Positions 18,249 to 26,172 of a DNA stretch of 59,823 nt are shown here, piece by piece. The notes beneath the pieces were generated by a model that saw nothing but the letters and a program-made list of their open reading frames with translations, ran no database searches and was not told the origin of the DNA. Both the position numbers and the translations under genes were made by a program. The stretch is from a virus (taxonomy: Duplodnaviria > Caudoviricetes), in IMG/VR virus record IMGVR_UViG_3300030095_004245, positions 1 through 59,823 of that record; one strand, written 5' to 3'. Every line of letters starts with the position of its first letter. Position 1 is the first letter of the stretch.

Positions 18249-19126
18249 AGATAGCCATCGCTATGACTGTCTTTGATCGCCCTCATTATCTGAGTGCATC
18301 ATTAGCATCCTTATCGCAAGTTGAGGGCATCAGAGACTATCCGATATTATTCTGCATAGATGGTCCTTACGACGACTCAAGTGTAGATCGTTGCAAGGAA
18401 TCTCTGCGGCTATGTAATCAGTTCGATCATCCTGATGTTACGATCATGACACGAGAGAAGAATCTCGGCGTTGCGAACCAAGTGTATGACTCAAAGCAAG
18501 TACTCTTCTACGCAGGCTATGACGCTGTTATATCTTTAGTAGATGATGTTGAGTACTCTCCTTGCGCGTTGCAGGTTCTTCTTTCTGCGTACACCATAGC
18601 TCTAGGGTCCTATGAACCATCACGTGTCACTATGGATGTGTTCAATAGAACCTCAAGTTCTAGAGAGACGAAGCAAAAGGAGCTAGGGACGATCATCCCT
18701 GGAACAGATCAAGTAGCGTACATCATGCATAAAGAAGTATGGAGCATTGTTGAACCATATCTACGGGAATATATCTCACGATTCATCCAGCCCTTTAGAG
18801 AATCTCCACGCCCTTATCGTAATCGGAATCATGATGAGATAAAGTTGTGGTTTGCTGAGCTTGTTGGAGGCTTGTCGCCTCATTATGAATATGTAACTGG
18901 TCCCGCATTTTCTGCCAGCCAAGATGCGTGTGTTGAGGTCGCCATGCTCAAGCATAGCATCACGAGACTAACAACGAAGGTAAATCATGTTAGGCATATT
19001 GGATTGTATGGAGAACACATGTTCCCAGAGCTACATAAGAACATGGGCTTTGATTCGACGAGACTAGATACATTTTCTACAGCTGTCGCCATTAATGCTC
19101 TAACTGATGTAGAGGTATTAATATGA
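18245..19126 (+). CDS. Glycosyltransferase, GT-A fold-like
   Basis: TVFDRPHYL...SL, IDGP, REKNLGV, acidic VDDV motif and HIGLYGEH. Confidence 0.75.
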   Translation: MKIAIAMTVFDRPHYLSASLASLSQVEGIRDYPILFCIDGPYDDSSVDRCKESLRLCNQFDHPDVTIMTREKNLGVANQVYDSKQVLFYAGYDAVISLVDDVEYSPCALQVLLSAYTIALGSYEPSRVTMDVFNRTSSSRETKQKELGTIIPGTDQVAYIMHKEVWSIVEPYLREYISRFIQPFRESPRPYRNRNHDEIKLWFAELVGGLSPHYEYVTGPAFSASQDACVEVAMLKHSITRLTTKVNHVRHIGLYGEHMFPELHKNMGFDSTRLDTFSTAVAINALTDVEVLI

Positions 19127-19923
19127 CTGTAGCACTGACCTATGCATTGCCTATGTATCGTGCGAAGAACATTGGGTGGCTTGCTCTAGAGTCATTATGT
19201 AGGCAAGAGAACGTAGACTTTGAGTGGGAGCTTATTATTATTGAAGAGGCTTTACAGTCGATGGGCGAGTCCAGAGTTCATGAGTATAAAGACAGACTAG
19301 AGCAGGTTGGGTGCGTTCGACTAGAGTATGTAAGGTTGCCTGAGTGGATTCCATTGAGTCAGAAGTGGATAAACATAGCTAGGCTGGCCGATTCAGAAGG
19401 ATTTCTTCTAGCGGGTTGCGATGATTATGCGCCACCTAATCGGTTGAGTGAGACTAAGGCGATGTTCGATGCTGGTGCTGAGTGGACACATGTCCCCGTT
19501 GGTCTGTTTTACAACATCGCAAACGATAATTTTGGGGTCTTTGACTATAGTTTAGCTAATCATGTGTGTGGTCTAGATAAGGCAGGATTGACTGAGATTG
19601 TGAAGAGCGCACTTCCGACCACTGCCACACGGACTCGTAGCGTGGATGGTTGGGTGTATGATCAGATTGTCTCTTACTTAGGGAGACCTCCTCATACACA
19701 CATGAATATGAGTGAAGACTGGAAGCGCGGAGTCTTTACTGATGGTCTGAATAACATCTGCAAAACACGAAGAGATTTATATGGTGCGGAGATAGAACCA
19801 CCGTTTAGGCGCTTGAAGCCCAATGAACCACAGTCGCTAAAAGAAGTAATACCAGTAGACGTTACTCAGTCTTTACGTAGAGTACGTCGTTCAGCACTAG
19901 TACGGAAGGAATTTATAAAATGA
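19123..19923 (+). CDS. GT2-like glycosyltransferase
   Basis: ALPMY...ALESLCRQ..DFEWELIIIEE, GCDDY...RL and VDGW. Confidence 0.75.
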   Translation: MTVALTYALPMYRAKNIGWLALESLCRQENVDFEWELIIIEEALQSMGESRVHEYKDRLEQVGCVRLEYVRLPEWIPLSQKWINIARLADSEGFLLAGCDDYAPPNRLSETKAMFDAGAEWTHVPVGLFYNIANDNFGVFDYSLANHVCGLDKAGLTEIVKSALPTTATRTRSVDGWVYDQIVSYLGRPPHTHMNMSEDWKRGVFTDGLNNICKTRRDLYGAEIEPPFRRLKPNEPQSLKEVIPVDVTQSLRRVRRSALVRKEFIK

Positions 19924-20750
19924 CTCCACCATATAAATACAGGGACCTATGCAAGAAGTTGAAGGAAGGGACGTCTATAAAGACCTTCTCTGACTTTACG
20001 TATCACCGAGGAAAGAAGCCTTTTGAAATACCTTCTGAGGATTTAGTTGGCAAGAAGACACTAATGCTCCGACATGATGTCGATCATTATCCTGCTTTAG
20101 CTCATGAGATGGCGTGTGTAGAAGCAGCTCTAGGAATTAGGTCTACATACTTTATACTCACTACTGATGGCGCGGCTAAATGGTGGAACGATAAAGCATT
20201 ACGAAAAGATTACTTGGGGCTCATTGCAGAGATGCAAGATATGGGACATGAAATTGGTCTGCATTATGACTTTCTAGGTGACTATTTTTCTGACGGACGC
20301 GCACCTAAAGAAAACATTGAAAGTATCTTAGGTGAATTTAGGAGTGTTGGACTAACGATAGTGGGCGCGGCATCACATGGGTCTAGTCGAATGAGAAAGA
20401 TTCTAGGTGCCGTGGGTGATGTTCCATACCCTCCTGAGTTTGTGAACTATAGGATATGGGAGGAATGTTCCTCGAAGACTGAAGAACTTAGTGCAGGATC
20501 ACGAGTGCTAGAAATACCTGCCCTTTCTCTGAAAGAATATGATTTACATTATGAGACATATTGGGTGACTAAGGATTGGTACTTCTCTGACAGTGGTGGG
20601 AACTTTTGGATGCAGGGACATGCAAAACACATCTTCGAGAACCTAGACGCTTCTGACATGCATCCGTATGAGGCCATCCCTAAGATGAAAGATGGTGAGG
20701 TAATGCAGATACTTATTCACCCTATTTGGTGGAAAGGTCAGTTTCGATAA
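19920..20750 (+). CDS. Polysaccharide deacetylase-like (NodB/CE4 fold)
   Basis: LRHDVD, GIRSTYF, GHEIGLHY, ASHG, YFSDSGG and LIHPIWW. Confidence 0.8.
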   Translation: MTPPYKYRDLCKKLKEGTSIKTFSDFTYHRGKKPFEIPSEDLVGKKTLMLRHDVDHYPALAHEMACVEAALGIRSTYFILTTDGAAKWWNDKALRKDYLGLIAEMQDMGHEIGLHYDFLGDYFSDGRAPKENIESILGEFRSVGLTIVGAASHGSSRMRKILGAVGDVPYPPEFVNYRIWEECSSKTEELSAGSRVLEIPALSLKEYDLHYETYWVTKDWYFSDSGGNFWMQGHAKHIFENLDASDMHPYEAIPKMKDGEVMQILIHPIWWKGQFR

Positions 20751-21464
20751 ATGCCATCTAACGTATTATTAGACATAGGTAAGAGTGAGCTTTCGTCGTC
20801 ATTCAGGAAGACTGCGACTCAGTATTACAGCGACTCTTTAGACGTGCCCCCTAAACTGATAGCTGCACTGCTTTCTACACAGGAGCTTTCACACGAACAA
20901 TATCTGCTGAGTCTTCGTAAGATACACAAAGGTAACGCTGTTCGTGACATGCAAAAGGCTAGAGCTGCAGGCTTCTTCTGTGCTCCGTTTCTTTACGGGG
21001 TATGGCTAAATGATATACAGGATATAAATATATCAAAAGAAAGCAGACAGGGGCGTCAGATGGCTTCGTCGTACCAAAGACAGGCGCATGAGTTGGGGCA
21101 GCAGAGCAACGTGATAGTAGCTTCTCCTGTTACAGAGACGGGTGAATGTTTTCGGCAGATGCTTGGCGTCTTTAAACATGAACCCAATCGGAATTTAGCA
21201 ACTGTTATGGTCAATCAAAGGCTGTGTGGGTATATTAGTCTCATACGATATAAAGACCTGGCATTGTACTCACAGATATTAGGGCACGGAGATTACCTGC
21301 GTGACGGTATTATGTACCTGTTACATAGTTATGTATCTGGGCGTGTATGGGATGAGGTTAAGTACATCATGTACGGAGCACACACGAGTGGAACTGATGG
21401 TTTGAAGATGTGGAAGAAGCGTATGAGGTTTGAGCCTTATAATGTTTATCTGGAGAGCGAATGA
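20751..21464 (+). CDS. GNAT-like protein (putative acyltransferase)
   Basis: GYISL...LYSQILGHGDYLRDGIMYLL...YG....GL..WKKR..F pattern of GNAT/FemAB-like C-termini. Confidence 0.5.
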   Translation: MPSNVLLDIGKSELSSSFRKTATQYYSDSLDVPPKLIAALLSTQELSHEQYLLSLRKIHKGNAVRDMQKARAAGFFCAPFLYGVWLNDIQDINISKESRQGRQMASSYQRQAHELGQQSNVIVASPVTETGECFRQMLGVFKHEPNRNLATVMVNQRLCGYISLIRYKDLALYSQILGHGDYLRDGIMYLLHSYVSGRVWDEVKYIMYGAHTSGTDGLKMWKKRMRFEPYNVYLESE

Positions 21465-22075
21465 TACTTGAAGTCATCGTGGGATACGTGAGCCACGAGA
21501 TAATTTCCCTTTTTGTGGACTGTAGCTGTCCCTAATGTGTCAAAGACTTCTTGCAACACTACAGGATCGTGATAGTACCACCTTGAATTGACCCATTCAG
21601 TGTCACTTTCGGTGGTGAAAATATCGGAAGGCTGCCACCTCTCATAAGGAGGCTTTGTGCTCATAATAAAATAAAGTTCTTGGGTGCAAAGGGCGAACAT
21701 TTTCTTCAGGTTCTTTTGAAATTGTATATCCGAAGAAGGGAAGTTGAGGAAAGATGGCGCACGACAAAAGACAACATCGAATTGGCCCTTTAGAGTCAAT
21801 GCATCACCCAGGATGAATTTGACATTTGGCACGTTTTCTGCGGCCTTCCTTTTATTGGCGGCCTCAATCCCCATAGTAGATACATCGATGCCGGTGACAT
21901 CAAAGTAGTCTGCTAATAAGAAACTGAAAAAGCCATCCCCACAGGCTGCATCGAGGAGTGTGGATTCTTTGGGATAGTGCTGTAGAGGAGTATTTTCAAA
22001 GAGCCATCGCTTCTGTGCTGCTGCGTTATAGTGGAAACCGCCTTCCTCATAAAATTTTTCATAGTTTCTCAGCAT
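21446..22075 (-). CDS. Class I SAM-dependent methyltransferase
   Basis: LLDAACGDG, VTGIDVS, FILGDA and FDVVF. Opposite strand to its neighbours. Confidence 0.9.
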   Translation of the reverse strand: MLRNYEKFYEEGGFHYNAAAQKRWLFENTPLQHYPKESTLLDAACGDGFFSFLLADYFDVTGIDVSTMGIEAANKRKAAENVPNVKFILGDALTLKGQFDVVFCRAPSFLNFPSSDIQFQKNLKKMFALCTQELYFIMSTKPPYERWQPSDIFTTESDTEWVNSRWYYHDPVVLQEVFDTLGTATVHKKGNYLVAHVSHDDFKYHSLSR

Positions 22076-22121
22076 AAAGAATCTATAAGATAAGAAGGAT
22101 AATACGTCATTTGTAATTTGA

Positions 22122-22268
22122 CTGACAGGTTTGGCAGCTTGTAATCAGGCTTTGGCGTTAGATGACGCTCGCAGGAATTACGACGTCTCGGTTGTACCTA
22201 GTGAATGGATATGCGAAGAACATTATAACGAAGTCTACGCCACAAAGATATGGTTGAGACCTAGGTAG
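22122..22268 (+). pseudogene. Start-less 3' gene fragment
   Basis: 48-codon open frame (...LAACNQALALDDARRNYDVSVVPSEWICEEHYNEVYATKIWLRPR*) with no SD; its stop abuts the next gene's SD. Confidence 0.3.
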
Positions 22269-22281
22269 GAGGGATGAATAC

Positions 22282-22623
22282 ATGACAATCACAAACGGAA
22301 GGATCGCAGTAGACGACAAGGATATGGATGTCGTTGAGCAGAAGTATGTCGAGGTCGTTGAGCAGAAGCTGAAGCTCGCTGATATTGTGACGCTTATATT
22401 TCAGGAGGCATTAGCGGATCGAGTCCTAGAAGTTGAAAAGGCGAAGGACGCATTTCGTTCGACTATTGAGGACACCGCCAAGAAGTACGATGTGCCTGAT
22501 GAGGGTAAAGACGGCGTTGTATGGGAGCTTAGTCGTGGTGATGGATGCTTCATACGTCAGATTGTAGACCCAAAGGATCGTCCGATGGCTGAAGGATCTG
22601 CAATTGAGATCATCTCTGAGTAG
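22282..22623 (+). CDS. Hypothetical protein
   Basis: 113 aa, SD AGGAGGGG, internal 15-bp direct repeat. Confidence 0.65.
   Translation: MTITNGRIAVDDKDMDVVEQKYVEVVEQKLKLADIVTLIFQEALADRVLEVEKAKDAFRSTIEDTAKKYDVPDEGKDGVVWELSRGDGCFIRQIVDPKDRPMAEGSAIEIISE
22330..22368 (+). repeat. 15-bp direct repeat GTCGTTGAGCAGAAG x2 (24-nt period)
   Basis: Copies at 22330-22344 and 22354-22368, each encoding VVEQK. Confidence 0.85.
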
Positions 22624-22640
22624 AGAAAACCGTGACAACC

Positions 22641-22649
22641 TGGTAGCCT
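22641..22649 (+). promoter_or_regulatory. Extended -10 promoter for neck/tail operon, leaderless geometry
   Basis: TGG-TAGCCT-6 nt-GTG(22656); no SD. Confidence 0.45.
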
Positions 22650-22655
22650 GAAGCC

Positions 22656-23684
22656 GTGAGCCTTGGCGTTACCGAGATCAACTTTGTCGTCACGAACCTT
22701 GATGCTGTTCGTGAGTATTACGATGTCATAGCTGTAGAACGATCAACGGCAGGGAAGGCTGGTCCCTATGCTGAGGTCACGACAGCGGGCACTCGTATAT
22801 CTTTAGTTGAAGGCAAGACCCTTTATACTTATGTAGATACTGACGTAAACAGTGATTACTACTACCGCGTCCGGTATTATAATATAACCAGTGGTGCTTC
22901 TTCGGGTCCTGGCGATCCTGTGCAAGGCTCTCAAGATCCGGCACTGCTTGTACTTACTGTAGACGAACTCAAGACCAACTATCTCTTCGGCCTTGATATG
23001 TCTGACGATCAAGGCAATCCATTTCCAGAGAGCCTGTACGAATGGTATATCAAGAGTGCTGTCTCCTTGGCAGAGACTCAGTTAGATCTACCTATTCGCC
23101 CTCTCAAGTTCTCAGAGGAACCAGAACAGCTCGATCTGTTCCGACAGGACTACAACAAGTTCATATCATTACAGCTTAGTAATTTCCCTGTACTGAGTGT
23201 CGAAGAGTTGAAGATTGTGGTGCCGTCTAATCAGACGGTGATCAACTATAACTTAGATTGGATACAACTAGACAAGAACGCTGGGCAGCTGAACGTCATT
23301 CCAGGATCTGGAAACTCCGGCGTGATGGCTCTGGGAGCTGCCGGTGTCATGCTTCCCTTTTACTATCGAAGCACAGACTATCTTCCTCTAGTATTTCGCG
23401 TCAAATATACTGCAGGATTCACAGACGTACCTTTCGCGCTGAAGAATTACATTGGAATGATGGCGGCGATAGGACCTCTACATTTAGCCGGTGACTTGAT
23501 TATTGGTGCAGGTATTTCTTCTCAGTCCATTGGCATGGATGGGCTGTCGCAACAACTAGCGACTACCGCATCAGCTACTAATTCAGGCTTCGGTGCTAGG
23601 ATCGTCAACTACACTAAGCAATTAGAACGTGAGCGCAAGGCTCTCCGCGAGTACTACAAAGGCGTAATGATGGTGGTGGCGTAA
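22656..23684 (+). CDS. Head-tail adaptor/neck protein with N-terminal FN3-like extension
   Basis: LTVDELK..YLFG.D, YI..AVS.AE..L, V.YTAGF and GISSQSIGMDGLSQ; N-terminal YTYVD...YYYRVRY. Confidence 0.75.
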   Translation: MSLGVTEINFVVTNLDAVREYYDVIAVERSTAGKAGPYAEVTTAGTRISLVEGKTLYTYVDTDVNSDYYYRVRYYNITSGASSGPGDPVQGSQDPALLVLTVDELKTNYLFGLDMSDDQGNPFPESLYEWYIKSAVSLAETQLDLPIRPLKFSEEPEQLDLFRQDYNKFISLQLSNFPVLSVEELKIVVPSNQTVINYNLDWIQLDKNAGQLNVIPGSGNSGVMALGAAGVMLPFYYRSTDYLPLVFRVKYTAGFTDVPFALKNYIGMMAAIGPLHLAGDLIIGAGISSQSIGMDGLSQQLATTASATNSGFGARIVNYTKQLERERKALREYYKGVMMVVA

Positions 23685-24482
23685 ATGACCACTGCAGATG
23701 ATGCAACCATAGGAGTTACGGGCAAAGCGGTAGGTCGAGTTGATTTTAACCTAAAGCGCTTTGTAGACATGATCGAGCGCAGTCCTCGGTTCGTCTGGGA
23801 ACGCGCTATGTTCTGTCCGTGCCCATCAGTAAACGATCAGACCCAACAACCAGACCCCAACTGTACCAAGTGTAAAGGAGTAGGCTGGCTGTGGTTTGGC
23901 CCAGCCGGATACGTAGTTCCTCCCGAAGCAGGCACACTTACTCCCGTACAAAAGGCAGTCGTCGATAGAAACGGAGGCGCTGTCATCTGTGCGTTTATGG
24001 CCGAAGCAACGTACAGGCAGGCCGGATATGACACACTAGGTACTTGGGCCTTTGGTCAGATGCACGTGACCGTCCGTCCAGAAAACAAGTTAGGGTATTA
24101 CGATAGGCTCATAAATCTGGACAGTGAGATTGTTTTCAGTCAACGAGTCTTATCGGGTGGTGAGGGCAAATTATCACTGCGATATCCCGCCATTAACGTG
24201 GCAAATGTTCAGTCGTCCACTGCTACCTATCTAGAGGGTCGAGACTTTGAAGTGGTAGGGGGAGATATAATCTGGCTTTCGGGAAGGGCTCCTGCGTCTG
24301 GTACTCAACTCGCTGCGCATTACACTTGTCATCCTGCATGGATCGTAACGAGTTATCCACATGTCATACGAGCGACAACGAACGACAGAAAGCCTAAGAA
24401 GCCTGTAGTATCTCCCGAAGGCAATCCTCAGAACCTCCCTATCAGGGCCAGAGTTCAGCTAGAGTTCGAGAGGGAAGGTTAG
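23685..24482 (+). CDS. Neck/head-closure protein
   Basis: WERA..CPC......PDPNC.KC.G.GW and LGYYDRL, typical of SPO1-like neck proteins. Confidence 0.75.
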   Translation: MTTADDATIGVTGKAVGRVDFNLKRFVDMIERSPRFVWERAMFCPCPSVNDQTQQPDPNCTKCKGVGWLWFGPAGYVVPPEAGTLTPVQKAVVDRNGGAVICAFMAEATYRQAGYDTLGTWAFGQMHVTVRPENKLGYYDRLINLDSEIVFSQRVLSGGEGKLSLRYPAINVANVQSSTATYLEGRDFEVVGGDIIWLSGRAPASGTQLAAHYTCHPAWIVTSYPHVIRATTNDRKPKKPVVSPEGNPQNLPIRARVQLEFEREG

Positions 24483-25267
24483 TGCTAAGTTTCAGTATAG
24501 ATACGTCAGAGCTTGATGATTACTTACAAGCTCTTATGAGCACATCAGACGGAATCGCGGCCTCAGCTGCTCAAGTCATCTACGAAGACTGGCGCTCTCT
24601 TGCAGAACGAAAGCTCAAGTCTTCTCGGGCTCAATATCTGGAAGCTCTTCAACCTCCTCGGGTAGTCGCTACCGGCTTTGAGATATCCTTAGTAGGTACT
24701 TTCCCTGTATGGGTTGAAGAAGGAAAAGAGCCGTATGATGTGGGGCAAGCTATCCTGAAGGGACGTGAGTTTGTTCGGGTTCCCTTCAAGCAGAATCCCG
24801 CGCCCAGTAGAGGGACCGCCCCTGCTTTTGGTGCTAGCTCTACTCCGATGGGATATGGATATCGATCAAAACCCCGTGGTATAGATACTCGGACAGGCGC
24901 TAGTGCATCAGTTCGAGCTGGTCCAGGCGCTCCTACAAGGTTGACCCGTCGTGTATATGGAGGAGGACCGGCCACTCCTTCAGGTGCCTATTCCGACTGG
25001 CGCAGAGCTGGTCGCCGTGCAGAGGCTGGCGCTAATCTTCGTAAGTTATATGAGCATCACTCAAGACCACTGTACTCGGGACAGGAAAGCGATGCAGCTG
25101 GTGCTGGAGGAGTTACGTTCAGGACTGTCAATCAGGACTCTAATTGGATCCATCCAGGCATTCAGGGACGTCGATTGGCAGACGAAGCTGTACGTAGGTT
25201 TGGCGGACGCAACCTTGGAATCATTGTCTCGAAGCACATACAAGGATTAGGAGGTCCGGGAGCATGA
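24482..25267 (+). CDS. Neck/tail completion protein
   Basis: LKSSRAQY, WVEEG..PYD, VPF and TFRTV....WIHPG. Confidence 0.7.
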   Translation: MLSFSIDTSELDDYLQALMSTSDGIAASAAQVIYEDWRSLAERKLKSSRAQYLEALQPPRVVATGFEISLVGTFPVWVEEGKEPYDVGQAILKGREFVRVPFKQNPAPSRGTAPAFGASSTPMGYGYRSKPRGIDTRTGASASVRAGPGAPTRLTRRVYGGGPATPSGAYSDWRRAGRRAEAGANLRKLYEHHSRPLYSGQESDAAGAGGVTFRTVNQDSNWIHPGIQGRRLADEAVRRFGGRNLGIIVSKHIQGLGGPGA

Positions 25268-25896
25268 TTGAACGCCATATCTATACTGCGTTGAAGAATG
25301 GTATCGATGAGCTTGAGGCTCATCCATTACGCCTGGAGCGCATTTTTCGAGATTACTATGGCTTAGCGCAGAAGGAGGTAGATACTATTCGTACTTACTT
25401 CACAGCTAATCCGCCCAGCGTTATACACAACTACGCTCGTGAAAATAGTCCGTTTCCCCTATACGCTATCGTCCTTCAAGGGGAAGAGGAGACTACAAAA
25501 GTACTTGGTGAGTACGGAGGCATGGTAGATCTTGAAGAAGCGAGAGCTATAGATGACTCCTCTGCCTTAGGGGCGAGTATCTATGGATCTGTATTTACCT
25601 ATAACTATGAGATCATTACTTACGCTAAACTGCCTGATGTAGCTCTGTACTATTACTACTTAGCTAAGTACTTTATGATTCGTGAGCGAGATTATTTCAT
25701 AAGCCAGAACCTTTTTGACCTTACGCTGGGAGGCTCAGATCTGGCTCCAGATGCCAGGTACATGCCCGCATACTTGTTTGGTCGTACATTGCGCTTCTCA
25801 TGTCAGTGTGAGATGGGTGTAATCGGTGATGTTACTCCTAAAGCGGATAAGGTTTCAGGGGTTCATATTGGAACTGGCGTCACGGTAGGAGTTTAA
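25264..25896 (+). CDS. Putative tail terminator/completion protein
   Basis: Position before the sheath gene; PLYAIVL.GEEE and LFGRTL.F. Confidence 0.6.
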   Translation: MIERHIYTALKNGIDELEAHPLRLERIFRDYYGLAQKEVDTIRTYFTANPPSVIHNYARENSPFPLYAIVLQGEEETTKVLGEYGGMVDLEEARAIDDSSALGASIYGSVFTYNYEIITYAKLPDVALYYYYLAKYFMIRERDYFISQNLFDLTLGGSDLAPDARYMPAYLFGRTLRFSCQCEMGVIGDVTPKADKVSGVHIGTGVTVGV

Positions 25897-25897
25897 T

Positions 25898-26167
25898 TTG
25901 GCGACGAAAAGAAAAGCACGGAAAGCTAAGAAGGCGGTAGAGGCAGTGGCTGTGATAGCACCAGCAAAAGAGCCTGAAGCTGCCTTAGTGCCTGCGCCTA
26001 TCAATCTAGACGCCTTTAAGCGCACAAGTGGTATCAGACCTGAACACTTTGGTGGCTTTGAGCGACACATTACATTAGAATGCGGCCCAGGACACGGGCT
26101 GTATAAGACACCAGCAGAATGGCGCAGCACTTATGATCAATATCTTAAGAGACCTGTGGTAGGATAA
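25898..26167 (+). CDS. Hypothetical protein
   Basis: 89 aa, SD AGGAG, TTG start; small gene immediately before the sheath. Confidence 0.55.
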   Translation: MATKRKARKAKKAVEAVAVIAPAKEPEAALVPAPINLDAFKRTSGIRPEHFGGFERHITLECGPGHGLYKTPAEWRSTYDQYLKRPVVG

Positions 26168-26172
26168 AGAAA

